Origin: an uncultured bacterium
GTDB lineage: Bacteria; Verrucomicrobiota; Verrucomicrobiia; Limisphaerales; UBA8199
Reading direction: 5' to 3'
Length of the DNA stretch: 64,000 nt
Assembly (NCBI GenBank): GCA_963749495.1
Contig: CAVVMW010000001.1
Location: forward strand, 224,001-288,000
In this document: positions 49,532-60,130 of the stretch, piece after piece
How the letters are laid out: each line of letters begins with the position of its first letter
How positions within the stretch are numbered: position 1 is the first letter of the stretch
Translations under genes and position numbers: made by a program
The notes under the pieces: generated by a model
Told to the model about the DNA's origin: nothing
What the model saw: the letters and a program-made list of their open reading frames with translations, nothing else
The model's database searches: none

Positions 49532-51877
49532 ATGCTCGGTTTTGGGTTGACGATATTCACGGGAGCATTCCTGTTGTTCCAGGTGCAGCCCCTGATCGCC
49601 AAGTATATCCTGCCTTGGTTTGGCGGCGGGCCAAGCGTCTGGACCACTTGCATGCTCTTCTTCCAGGCGCTGCTGCTGGGCGGCTATTGTTACGCGCACC
49701 TCACCTCGAAATGGCTCAGGCCCCGCGCGCAGGCCTTGGTCCACGTGATCCTGCTGGCCCCCGCCCTGGCCCTGCTCCCCATCACCCCGGCCGATGCCTG
49801 GAAACCGGCCAGCCCCGAACACCCCACGCTGCGAATCCTCCTGCTGCTGGCTGCCAGCCTCGGCCTGCCCTATTTCGTGCTCTCCTCCACAGGCCCGCTC
49901 CTGCAGCAATGGTTCAGCCTCTCCAACCCGGGCCGTTCGCCCTACCGGCTTTACGCCCTCTCGAACGTGGGCTCGCTGCTGGCGCTGCTGAGCTACCCGT
50001 TTTTCTTCGAGACCCATTTCGCGCGCAAGACGCAGGCCGCGCTTTGGAGCTGCGGCCTGGTCCTCTTCGTGCTCCTGTGCGCCGGCTGCGCCCTGGCGGT
50101 GTGGAGGGCGAAAAAAGCAGTCCAGAGTCCAGAGTCCAGAGTCCACAGTCCAGAGTCCACAGTCCACAGTCCACAGTCCACATATCTTCTCTGGTTGCTC
50201 CTGCCGGCGTGCGCCTCGGTGATGTTGCTGGCGTTGACCAACAAGATGTGCCAGGACGTGGCGGCCATACCGTTGTTGTGGGTGTTGCCGCTGTCAATTT
50301 ATCTGCTGAGTTTCATCGTTTGCTTTGACAGTCCGCGCTGGTATGAGCGGGTGCCGTTCCGGGTGCTGCTGGTGGGGGCGCTGGGGGCGTTGTATTGGGC
50401 GATTCCAAAGGGCAACGAGACAGCGCTGGGTCCGCTGCTGGGGGTGTATTCGGGGGCGCTGTTCATCTGCTGCACGGTGTGCCACGGGGAGCTTTACCGG
50501 CTCAGACCGGAGCCGGAGCGGCTGACGACGTTTTACCTGATGATAGCGGCGGGCGGGGCGCTGGGCGGGGTGTTGGTGGCGGTGGTGGCGCCGATGGTCT
50601 TTAGTGATTACTTCGAATTGCAGTGGGGGGCAGTGGGGTGCGGGGTGCTGGCCCTGGCGGCGTGGGCGCGGGACCGAAGGCCGGAGGGCGTGAGACAATG
50701 CCGTTGGCTGGCGTCGGTGCTGCCTCTGGTGGTGCTGCTGGCGGTGGACCGGCTGCTGGCCGGGTTGGGGGCGCATTGGGGGGAGGGCCCGCGGACGGGG
50801 CTGGTGGTGGTGCGGATTGCGGAGGGGGCGTTCCTGCTCCAATTGGCCTACGTTGGGCTGGAGACGCAGGCGCTGGACCAGCCTGGGGCGCGGCTGTGGC
50901 CGGCGTTGGTGCTGGCCTTTGCGCCTTGGGCGGGGGGAAAGCGCTTCAGCCGGTACGGGCATTGGCGGGCGCTGGCGTGCTGGTGGCTGGCAGCGGGTCT
51001 GGTTGTGCTGGGCATCGGGCTGTGGCAGAAGGCCAACCGGGCGACCACCCTGGTGGTGGAAAGGGCGCGCAATTTCTACGGCGTGCTCACCGGTACTCGA
51101 GGATGCCCGGGCGATCCGGCGCACCACAATCGTGAGTTGGTCCACGGGCGGACTTTGCACGGGCTCCAGTTGGTTGACTCGAATGTGGCCGCCATTCCGA
51201 CGCTCTATTACTGCGAGACCAGCGGCATTGGGCTGGCCTTGCGCGCCCTGCCCGGCAACGGCCGGCGCATCGGCCTGGTCGGCCTGGGCGTCGGCACCCT
51301 GGCTGCTTATGCCCGGACCAATGACGTCTTTCGGTTTTACGAAATCAACCCTCAAGTGCAGCGCCTGGCCGAAAAGCACTTCAGTTACCTGGCGCGTGCC
51401 CCGAGAGAAGTCGTCATCCAGCTCGGCGATGCCCGGCTCTCGCTGGAGCGCGAGCCTCCGCAAAAGTTCGACCTGCTCGCGCTCGATGCCTTCAGCGGCG
51501 ACTCCGTCCCCGTGCACCTGCTCACCCGAGAGGCCTTTGCGCTGTATGAGCGCCACCTCAAACCCCACGGCCTCATCGCCGTCCACATCACCAACCGCTA
51601 CCTCGATTTCGAGCCCGTGGTGCTCAACGCCGCCCGCGAACTCAACTTCGACTCGCTCGTCATCGACGCAAACCCTTTGGACCCGGCGGCGGTGCAAACC
51701 AGTCCCACGGGCCAGACCTGGTGGATGCTGGCCTCGACCTGGGTGCTGCTCTCGCACGACCGCCAGCTCCTCAGTACCCCGTCCCTCTACGACGCCGCCA
51801 GACCCCCTCGATTCATGCCCGGCAAAGTCCGCCTCTGGACCGACAACTTCACCAGCCTGTTCCAGGTGATGAAATGA
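49532..51877 (+). CDS. fused membrane/spermidine-synthase-like methyltransferase, copy 2 (tandem paralog)
   Basis: Same motifs; near-identical N-terminal half to copy 1. Confidence 0.88.
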   Translation: MLGFGLTIFTGAFLLFQVQPLIAKYILPWFGGGPSVWTTCMLFFQALLLGGYCYAHLTSKWLRPRAQALVHVILLAPALALLPITPADAWKPASPEHPTLRILLLLAASLGLPYFVLSSTGPLLQQWFSLSNPGRSPYRLYALSNVGSLLALLSYPFFFETHFARKTQAALWSCGLVLFVLLCAGCALAVWRAKKAVQSPESRVHSPESTVHSPQSTYLLWLLLPACASVMLLALTNKMCQDVAAIPLLWVLPLSIYLLSFIVCFDSPRWYERVPFRVLLVGALGALYWAIPKGNETALGPLLGVYSGALFICCTVCHGELYRLRPEPERLTTFYLMIAAGGALGGVLVAVVAPMVFSDYFELQWGAVGCGVLALAAWARDRRPEGVRQCRWLASVLPLVVLLAVDRLLAGLGAHWGEGPRTGLVVVRIAEGAFLLQLAYVGLETQALDQPGARLWPALVLAFAPWAGGKRFSRYGHWRALACWWLAAGLVVLGIGLWQKANRATTLVVERARNFYGVLTGTRGCPGDPAHHNRELVHGRTLHGLQLVDSNVAAIPTLYYCETSGIGLALRALPGNGRRIGLVGLGVGTLAAYARTNDVFRFYEINPQVQRLAEKHFSYLARAPREVVIQLGDARLSLEREPPQKFDLLALDAFSGDSVPVHLLTREAFALYERHLKPHGLIAVHITNRYLDFEPVVLNAARELNFDSLVIDANPLDPAAVQTSPTGQTWWMLASTWVLLSHDRQLLSTPSLYDAARPPRFMPGKVRLWTDNFTSLFQVMK
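50119..50182. repeat. in-frame heptamer array (9 units)
   Basis: Same site as in copy 1 (AKKAV...TYLLW). Confidence 0.95.
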
Positions 51878-51879
51878 CC

Positions 51880-51991
51880 GAATGCGGAGTGCGCAATGCG
51901 CAGTGCGGAGTGTTCCGGTGGGAATGTTGGGTCTGGATTGCGGCGCGGGGAATGACGAATGACGAATGACGAATCACCAATGACAAATGAC
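51880..51991. repeat. heptamer arrays (AATGCGG-like) and (GAATGAC)x~6
   Basis: Last GAATGAC-type unit supplies the ATG at 51987. Confidence 0.8.
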
Positions 51992-53291
51992 TGACTCATT
52001 AGAAGAATTAGAGAAGCAACTGGACAGTTTCGATGCGGCTGTGCGGCGGCAGGCCCTGGCGGCTTTGTGCCGGCAGGTCCGTGAAGGGGTCCTCCGGCTG
52101 CCGCCCCCCGGCATCGAGGTGAACCTCCACGCGCACACGTTTTTCTCCTACAACGCCTATGGCTATTCGCCCGCGAAATTCGCGTGGCTGGCCCGCAAGG
52201 CGGGGCTGGCGGCGGCGGGCGTGGTGGATTTCGACGTGCTGGACGGGCTGGAGGAGTTTCTGGAGGCGGGGCGCGTGGTTGGGCTCAAGACGTGCGTGAG
52301 CCTGGAGTCGCGCGTGTATGTGCCGGAGTTCGCCACCCGGGTGATCAACTCACCGGGCGAGCCCGGGATTTCCTACCACATGGGCGTGGGCTTTGCGCGC
52401 GCGACGCAGCACCCGTTCCTGGCGCGGATGCGGGCGGCGGCACAGCAGCGAACGCGCGACATGCTGGTTCGGGTCAATGCCTATATGCGCCCGATTGAAT
52501 TGGACTACGAGGCCGATGTGCTGCCCTTGACGCCCAATGGCAACGCCACCGAGCGGCACCTCTGCCAGGCCTTCGAGCGCAAGGCCGCGCGGGTCTTCCC
52601 CGCCCCCGAGCGGCTGGCCGCCTTCTGGAAAGAGAAGCTGGGCGACGCTCCGCCCGCCGGGGCCAGGCTCCAGAACCTCATCCGCGCCCGGACTATGAAG
52701 AAGGGCGGAGTGGGCTACGTGCAACCGGGCCAGGGGTCGTTCCCGCTGATGGCCGACATGAACCAGTTCGTGCTCGAGGCGGGCGCGATCCCCACGCTGA
52801 CATGGCTGGATGGGACCAGCGAGGGCGAAAGGTGCCTCGAGGAGTTGTTCGCCGCAGCCGCCGCCACCGGCGCTGCCGCCCTGAACATCATCCCGGACCG
52901 AAACTACACACCCGGCATCAAAGACCAGAAGCTGGCCAACCTCTGCCAGGTCGTCGAGATGGCGCAGAAACGCCACTTCCCGATCGTCGTCGGCACGGAG
53001 ATGAATGCGCCGGGCAACAAGTTCGTGGATTCGTTCCAGACGGCCGAGCTGGCGCCGCTGCTCCCGGTTTTCCTGCGGGGCGCCCACATCGTCTATGCCC
53101 ATTCCGTCCTGGAGGGCCGGGCCGGCTTGGGCTACTTGAGCCCATGGGCAAGAAAGACATTTGACAACGTGGCCGCCAAAAATAAGTTCTTCGAGCAGCT
53201 CGGCCAGGAAGTGACCCCCGAGACCGAAGAGCGTTTGAGCGGCCTGACCGCCGCGGCCACGCCGGAGGAGGTGTTGGGCAGGGTCATGTGA
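51987..53291 (+). CDS. PHP-domain protein
   Basis: NLHAHTFFS, GVVDFD, SLE. Confidence 0.75.
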   Translation: MTDSLEELEKQLDSFDAAVRRQALAALCRQVREGVLRLPPPGIEVNLHAHTFFSYNAYGYSPAKFAWLARKAGLAAAGVVDFDVLDGLEEFLEAGRVVGLKTCVSLESRVYVPEFATRVINSPGEPGISYHMGVGFARATQHPFLARMRAAAQQRTRDMLVRVNAYMRPIELDYEADVLPLTPNGNATERHLCQAFERKAARVFPAPERLAAFWKEKLGDAPPAGARLQNLIRARTMKKGGVGYVQPGQGSFPLMADMNQFVLEAGAIPTLTWLDGTSEGERCLEELFAAAAATGAAALNIIPDRNYTPGIKDQKLANLCQVVEMAQKRHFPIVVGTEMNAPGNKFVDSFQTAELAPLLPVFLRGAHIVYAHSVLEGRAGLGYLSPWARKTFDNVAAKNKFFEQLGQEVTPETEERLSGLTAAATPEEVLGRVM

Positions 53292-53344
53292 GGCGGTTGG
53301 GCTTGGGTGCGATTCGGAAACGCCGGGCATGCGCCTCGGGGGTT

Positions 53345-53535
53345 TTGTCCCGGAGGGACATCTGACAATAGCCCGGCGTTTCAACGCCGGGGAGGCCGCA
53401 AAAGGGACCCTCGTCCCGAAGGGACGACTGAGAACACTCCCTGTTTTCAGCCGTCCCTTCGGGACGGACCTGTTCCTTGGGTCCGCTCACCCGGCGTTGA
53501 AACGCCGGGCTAATGTCGGAAGCCCCTTCGGGGCA
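53345..53535. repeat. REP-like multi-hairpin element
   Basis: GTCCCGGAGGGAC, CCGGCGTTTCAACGCCGG, CGTCCCGAAGGGACG and their mirror copies. Confidence 0.85.
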
Positions 53536-53672
53536 AGAAGGCGCCGTGGGATGAGCGACAGTTATAATCGCACCCTTGGGACACTCGACACTGGACACTC
53601 GGCCCTCGCGTCCGGATACTCCTGGACGGCGGTTTAACCGAAGGCGACGTTAACGAAACAGATTTCGCGACA

Positions 53673-55290
53673 ATGACAACAGACCAGATTCCGCAGACGC
53701 AGCAGGCAGTGCAGTTGGTCGGACCCGACCGGTTGCAGTTGAACCCCTCCAAGCCGGTCTTTCGGCCTGGCCGCCACCAGGTCCTGGGACGGGTCGAGGT
53801 GGTGGGCTTGTGCTTTTCGGATCTCAAGCTGCTCAAGCAGTTCTCCGGCCATGCCCGCAAATCGCCGGTGGCGCGGGGGGTTGATCCCCAGGCCCTGGCC
53901 CAGATGCCGCATTACGTGCCGGGCGACAAGCCGACGGTGCCGGGGCACGAGACGGTCATCCGCATAGCCGAGGCCGGCCCAGGCGTCACCCGCTACAAAG
54001 CCGGCGAGCGTTACCTGGTGCAGACCGATTATCGGTGGGCGCCCACGGCAGGCTCCAACTCGGCCTTCGGTTACAATTTCGAAGGGGCGCTCCAGGAATA
54101 CGTGTTGCTGGACGAGCGGGTCATCACGGCGCCCGAGGGCGAATCGATGCTCATCCCCGTGCCGGAGGACTTGTCGGCGTCGGCGCTGGCGCTGTGCGAG
54201 CCGTGGGCGTGCGTCGAGAACGCCTACGTGGAGCGGCAGCGGATGGGCTCAAGCCGGAGGGCCGGATGCTGGTCGTGGGCCAGAGGCAGGTCGAACCCGG
54301 GCAGCTCGAGGGCCTCTTTGCGCGCTACGGCAGGCCCGCCGACCTCACCTGGGCCACGGCGGCGGAGGTGGCGGGCTCGAGGACTCGAGCTTCGACGACG
54401 TGGTCTATTTCGGCGCCAATGCCGAGACCGTCGCCCGGCTCTTCCCCAAGGTGGGCGTGCGCGGCCTCTTCAATCTGGTCCAGTGTGGCGCCCGGTTCGG
54501 CCGCCCGGTGCTTTGCCAGGTCGGGCGCGTCCATTACGGCGGCATCCGCCTCATCGGCACGACAGGCCCCGACCCCGCCGCCTCGATGCAAACCATCCCC
54601 GCCACCGCCGAAATCCGGCCCCGGAACAAGATCAATATCGTCGGTGCCGCCGGCCCGATGGGAACCATGCACGTCCTGCGCGACCTTTGCCAGGGCGTGC
54701 CCGGCGTGGAAGTGTGGGCCGGCGACCTGAGCGACGAGCGCCTGGCGATGCTCGACAAACTGGCCGGGCCCCTGGCCCGCAAGCACCAGCTCGCGCTGCG
54801 GCCCTACAACCCCGCGCGCCAAAAGCTCTCCGAGCAATTCGACTACATCGTCCTGATGGCCCCGGTTCCGGCGCTGGTGGCCCAGGCGGTCCCGGCCGCC
54901 GCGCCGGGCGCCATCATCAACATCTTCGCCGGCATCCCGGCAACGGTCACCGCCGAGTTGGACCTGGATGCCTACATCGCCAAGGGCCTCTACTTCATCG
55001 GCACCAGCGGCTCGACACTCCAGGACATGAAGCTCGTGCTGGCCAAAGTGGTCGCGCGCCAACTCGACACCAACCTCTCGGTGGCCGCCGTGGCCGGGTT
55101 GGATGGCGCCATCGACGGCATCCGCGCCGTCGAGAAGAACCTGGTGCCGGGCAAAATCCTGGTTTATCCCTGCTGCCACGGCCTGAAACTGACGCCTCTG
55201 CCGGAGCTGAGCGGCAAGCTGCCGCTGCCCGATGGCCTATGGAACAAGCAGGCGGAAGAGGCCCTAACGGCGGGAGCGGGGAGACTATGA
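53673..55290 (+). CDS. Zn-dependent (MDR) alcohol/sugar dehydrogenase-like protein (frameshifts near 54247 and 54376)
   Basis: GLCFSD, PGHE, EPWAC, GAAGPMG, GTSGS across three frames. Confidence 0.78.
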
Positions 55291-55362
55291 TCATAACAGT
55301 TCTAATCGCAGCCGGGAACACACGCCGTTTGCCCCTCGCCCCTCGCCCCTCGCCCCTTTCCC

Positions 55363-56177
55363 ATGATGAACTGCACTCTCCATGACCAGGCCGCCATCGT
55401 GACCGGCGGCGCGCAAGGGCTGGGCCAAGCCATCTCGGGACGTTTGGCGCGCGAGGGCTGCCATGTGCTCATCGCCGATGTCAATGAAGCGGGGGTCCAC
55501 GCCGCCGCCGCCGCCCTCGCGCAGGAAACGGGCCGGCGGGTGCTGGGCATGAAGGTGGACGTGACGCAGGAGGCGGACGTGGCGGGCTCTTCGAGCGGGC
55601 GCTCCGGGAGTTTGGGCGCCTGGATGTCGTGGTGGCCAACGCGGCCATCCTGGTGGCCGAACCGATCGCCGAGGCGGACGCGGAGAAGTGGCGCGCGGTG
55701 ATGAACGTCAACCTCTTCGGCTACTTCCTCACCACCAAACATGCCTGCCGCATCATGAAGCCGCAGCGGAGCGGCTCGATCATCGCCATCAATTCCAAGT
55801 CCGGCAAGAAAGGCAGCGCCGCCAACTCGGCTTATGCCGCCAGCAAGTTCGGCGGCATCGGCCACACCCAGAGCGTGGCGCTGGAGATGGCCTCCTTCAA
55901 CGTCCGCTGCAACGCGGTCTGCCCCGGCAACCTGCTCGATTCGCCCCTCTGGACCGACCCGGACAAGGGCCTCTTCGTCCAATACCTCCGGGCCGGCAAG
56001 GTCCCCGGCGCCAAAAACATCGAGGACGTCCGCCGCGCCTACATCAACCAGGTGCCCATGAAACGCGGCTGCGCCTACGACGACGTCTGCAACGCCGTGG
56101 TCTTCCTGGCCTCGCCCTTGTCCTCTTACATCACCGGCATCGCCCTGAGCGTCACCGGCGGGCAGGAGATGAACTAG
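55363..56177 (+). CDS. srlD: sorbitol-6-phosphate dehydrogenase-like SDR (frameshift near 55587)
   Basis: TGGAQGLG, INSKSGKKGS, YAASKFG, GNLLDSP, VTGGQ. Confidence 0.75.
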
Positions 56178-56183
56178 GCTATG

Positions 56184-56246
56184 AAGGCAGAAAAATGGGG
56201 GCAGAAAGATAAGAGACTCATATTTCCGCCCCCGTTTTTCTGCCTT
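56184..56246. repeat. inverted repeat hairpin
   Basis: AAGGCAGAAAAATGGGGGCAGAAA ... TTTCCGCCCCCGTTTTTCTGCCTT. Confidence 0.75.
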
Positions 56247-56322
56247 GTTTCGGAACTCGTGCTTCGAATTTCGGATTAATCACAGGGTTACTTTTTTGAC
56301 CGACTAAAACCAAATCTCCACC

Positions 56323-57082
56323 ATGCACACTCGTCCTATTCTGACGGATCTGCTCACACTCTCTCACGACATCGGCCGCGAAGACCGCGGTCTGGCAATC
56401 CTGGGCGAAGGCAACACCTCGGCGCGCCTGGGCCAGGAGACGTTTCTGGTCAAGGCCAGCGGCACCTGCCTGGGCACGCTCAAGCAAGAGGACCTGGTCG
56501 AGTGCCGTTTTTGCGCGCTGCTGCCCATGCTGGAGCGCCAGAGCATGACCGACCAGGAAGTGGATGAGGCCCTGCTGGCCGCGCGCGTGGATGCCAAGGC
56601 CAAGAAGCCCTCCGTCGAGGCCGTGTTTCACGCCTATTTGCTCTCGCTGCCCGGCATCCAATTTGTCGGCCATTGCCATGCCACAGGGGTCAATCAAGTC
56701 CTCTGCTCGCCTCGCGCCCGCGATTTTGCCGAGCACCGTATGTTTCCCGACGAGATCGTGTGCTGCGGGGTGGCGTCGGTGTTCGTGCCGTACACCGACC
56801 CCGGCTTGAAACTCTCGCACGTCATCCGCCGGCGAGACCGAGTCCTTTGTCAAGCAGCACCAGCGGCAGCCGCGGCTCGTCCTCATGCAGAACCACGGCG
56901 TCATCGCCCTGGGCGGGACCTGGCAATCAGTTATCTCGGCCTTGCTCATGGCCGAGAAGGCCGCCCGCATTTTCGCCGGCGCCGCCGCCATCGGCGGGCC
57001 GGTCTTCTTCAGCCCGGAGAACGTGCAGCGCATCGCCGGCCGCCCCGACGAGGCCTACCGTCAACGCGCGCTGAAGATCTGA
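56323..57082 (+). CDS. class II aldolase/adducin family (frameshift near 56833)
   Basis: GEGNTS, KASG, PSVE..FH, GHCH, MQNHG. Confidence 0.85.
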
Positions 57083-57157
57083 ACTGGCGAAAACCGAAGC
57101 GGGCGGGGGGGGGTCCGACGCGTCGGACCTGTCCGACTGGTCCGACCCGTCTGACCG

Positions 57158-58066
57158 CTAAAACGGCCGCCCGACCGGCATGGGCGGCGGGGGAGGCGCG
57201 AAGGGCGAGGAGGGGCGAGGGACAGGGGGCGCAAACCCGGTGCCGGGATTTTGCCGGGGGTTGGCGGAGCCGGCATCTGCCTCAATCAGGGGCGTGAGTG
57301 AAGTGGGCGGCAAGGGAGGCATCGGGATTTCGCTGGCCTTACTCTGTTCCCTCAAAAACTCCATCAACATTTCCTGCTGGTCTTTAGTGACTCCGGGGTT
57401 GCCCTGGGACTCGGCCTGCGCGACAGCCGGCCCAGTTGTCACGGGGGCACCCCAAGGCCCTGCCGGGCTGGCCTGCGCACTCGCCCCGCCAGGGCCGGTT
57501 GGCCGAATCGGACGCGTCCATCCGGATGCGGGCCCAGGCCGCCCTGCCGGCGCGCCGGGCGGGAAGCCAATCCCGCGTGGCGGAATAACCCGAGGGAGCG
57601 CGCCGCCAGCGCCCGGGAGCGGCGGAAGGGCCGAAGCCACTGCCTTGGCCGCGTTATTGGTGAAATCCAGCGTCATCGCCTCGCCGGCATAGTTGATTTT
57701 GACCAGCTTGGCGATTTCATCGATCTCCAGCACCTCGACCTCGCCATCGCGCTGTCCCTCGGAGAGCATGTAGGAGTGCTCTTTGGGCTGTTCGCCCGGT
57801 TTTCCGGGCATGGGCGTGGGCGTGGTGTTGAACATGGCGCGTTTGCCAAGAAACGTCGTGATGCCGGTCAGATAGAACTTAGGGGTTGGCGGTTTGGTAG
57901 ATGCGGGGTCGGGCGGGGGCGGCGGGTCGTGCAGGTTAAACACGTTGCGGTCCACGATGCCGTGGTAGGGGTTTGCCGTCGAATCAGCGGTGTCCGCCGT
58001 GACCGCTGCGACCTCGAGCGCCAGGGCGCCTAAAATGCCCGCCAGCATCATCCGAGCAAACGTCAT
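57158..58066 (-). CDS. Pro-rich exported hypothetical protein (GspC/PilP-like, tentative)
   Basis: Signal peptide, NPY..I..RNVF.L, LTGIT, L.EGQRDGEVEVLEID. Confidence 0.65.
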   Translation of the reverse strand: MTFARMMLAGILGALALEVAAVTADTADSTANPYHGIVDRNVFNLHDPPPPPDPASTKPPTPKFYLTGITTFLGKRAMFNTTPTPMPGKPGEQPKEHSYMLSEGQRDGEVEVLEIDEIAKLVKINYAGEAMTLDFTNNAAKAVASALPPLPGAGGALPRVIPPRGIGFPPGAPAGRPGPASGWTRPIRPTGPGGASAQASPAGPWGAPVTTGPAVAQAESQGNPGVTKDQQEMLMEFLREQSKASEIPMPPLPPTSLTPLIEADAGSANPRQNPGTGFAPPVPRPSSPFAPPPPPMPVGRPF

Positions 58067-58327
58067 ACAGTAATTATAGCCGTTAGGGGAATAAACACCA
58101 CACCAAAATGAGAGTTGCGCAGGGTGCGTGTTTTTTTCCTTTCTGCGGCACGGGGTCTGCTGCCATAATGGGGGTGACGTTGAAGAACTGAATTTGTGGG
58201 CAAGATACGAGATGCGGTTGCCGGGCAATGCGGATATTATTCCAATCGCCGTGGAACCCTCTGTGCTGAAGGTGGCAGCTTGAACATGCGTCGGGCCGGC
58301 AGCGTCTAAAAAGCTTTGCTAACACAC

Positions 58328-60130
58328 ATGCGCCGTTGGATCTGGTTAATAATGAGCGCCGTTGCAGGCGTGGTGCTGCTGCTGTGCGGTCTGCTGATGC
58401 CAGCGCACCTGCGGGCGGTGGACGTGAGCGTCATCCAAAAGGCCGGGGAGCGGACGCAGACGCTGGTTGCAGAGGGCCTGGAGCTTGCGGGCGAGGGCAA
58501 CCTGGGCGCGGCGCGGCTGCTCTGGCGGGCAGCCCAGATGGAGCGGTTGCCCGGCCGGGAGGCGCTCGGCACCTCGCTGGCCAGCCTGGAAGCGCAGCCC
58601 GCGGCTTGGAAGATCCTCGGCAGCCCGGATCCGCGCCTGGAACAGCTCATCATCCAGAGCGCCCTGGCGCCCGCCGGGACGGGTGACGCGGCGGCTGCCC
58701 CCGGCCCGAGCAGCGCCCCGGAGCCGTTCACCACCCTCCTGGTCCACCTGGAGACCCGCGAGCGCGCCCTCCAGTCGCTGCGCGCCTCCCCCAACCCCGG
58801 CATCCAGGAAGTGCTCCGCTGCCGCGACCTGACCAATACCGTCATCCTCCCGCCCTCCTCGTCGGCCTCCGGCCAGCCCTTCGACACCGCCATCGCGGTC
58901 TGCGGCCTGCTCATGGATGAGAAGGCGCTCACCCCCTCGCTGAGCAACAAGCTCTATGCGCTGGCCTGGGCGGCCAACCATGGGGCCAACCTTCCGCTCA
59001 GCCCCGAGGCCAGGCCCCCCGGGCTGTCCTGGAACTCCGAGCCGCTCGAACAGGTCCTGCTGGATTTGCTCTCGCTGGGCCAGCGGTTCAACTGGGGCCA
59101 GTATGTCCTGTTCACCCGGTCCATCCAGGACATCGAGACCCTGCGCCGGCTGGCGTTCCTGGTCCGCAAGACCGAGGGGCAACTGCCCGTGCTTTATGGC
59201 ACGGTCACCCTCTCTGGCCAGCCGGGCCGGGTGGCGGGTTACCTGATGAAATTCAGCGAGAGCGGGCTGGAGGACCTCGGCTCGAGCCTGCAGTTCGGGG
59301 CGGGCGCCCTCAAGGAGGTGCTGGCGCGCAACCAGCGATGTTATACCTCCGCCTGGGGCCGCCGCATGGCGGCGCATCCCCCGCTGGACGCCCTGATGGA
59401 TGTGGCGTCCGACTACTCCTGGCTCATGCCGTGGGTGTCGCTGGGGCTCAAGTGGTTTCTCTACCTGTGCGCCGGCTTCCTGCTGGCCTGCGCGATGCAC
59501 TTTGCCCAGCCCGCAGCCCAGGCCTTGGAGCAGCCCCTCCAGGTCCGCGGCGTTCACTTTGCCCGCGAGTCGCTCTTCGCCCTGGGTTTTCTGCTGGTGG
59601 TCCTCATCGTGACCGAGCCGTTTCTCTCCCAGCAGGGCCAGAGTGCGGAGCTTCCCTTTCGAGTGCGCCTGCCCTTCATCGGCCAACCGCTCCCGGCCGC
59701 CGTCTCCAACCTCAAGCTCTCTCTTATGGACCCAAACTTATTGACTCTGTTGCTGTTCTTCGTCCTCCAGGCCCTGATCTACACGGCCTGCCTGGTGAAA
59801 CTGGCGGAAATCCGCCGCCAAAAAGTCGTTGCCCGCATCAAGCTCAAGCTCCTCGAGAACGAGGATCACTTGTTCGATGCCGGCCTCTACGTGGGCTTTG
59901 TGGGCACGATCATCTCCTTGATCCTGGTCTCGCTGCACTACTTCCAGTTCAGCCTCATGGCCGCCTACTCCTCCACCTCGTTCGGCATCATCTTCGTGGT
60001 CATCTTCAAGATCTTCCACCTCCGGCCCAGCCGCCGCCGGCTCCTGCTGGAGGCGGAGGCGGCCGCTATGGCGCTGGAGGCCCCGGCCCCGGCGCCCGCA
60101 CCCAGTCCCACTCTCGCCACACCCTCATGA
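58328..60130 (+). CDS. membrane protein with C-terminal ExbB/TolQ/MotA-like helices
   Basis: GLYVGFVGTIISL and LMAAYSSTSFGII resemble the two conserved channel helices. Confidence 0.65.
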   Translation: MRRWIWLIMSAVAGVVLLLCGLLMPAHLRAVDVSVIQKAGERTQTLVAEGLELAGEGNLGAARLLWRAAQMERLPGREALGTSLASLEAQPAAWKILGSPDPRLEQLIIQSALAPAGTGDAAAAPGPSSAPEPFTTLLVHLETRERALQSLRASPNPGIQEVLRCRDLTNTVILPPSSSASGQPFDTAIAVCGLLMDEKALTPSLSNKLYALAWAANHGANLPLSPEARPPGLSWNSEPLEQVLLDLLSLGQRFNWGQYVLFTRSIQDIETLRRLAFLVRKTEGQLPVLYGTVTLSGQPGRVAGYLMKFSESGLEDLGSSLQFGAGALKEVLARNQRCYTSAWGRRMAAHPPLDALMDVASDYSWLMPWVSLGLKWFLYLCAGFLLACAMHFAQPAAQALEQPLQVRGVHFARESLFALGFLLVVLIVTEPFLSQQGQSAELPFRVRLPFIGQPLPAAVSNLKLSLMDPNLLTLLLFFVLQALIYTACLVKLAEIRRQKVVARIKLKLLENEDHLFDAGLYVGFVGTIISLILVSLHYFQFSLMAAYSSTSFGIIFVVIFKIFHLRPSRRRLLLEAEAAAMALEAPAPAPAPSPTLATPS

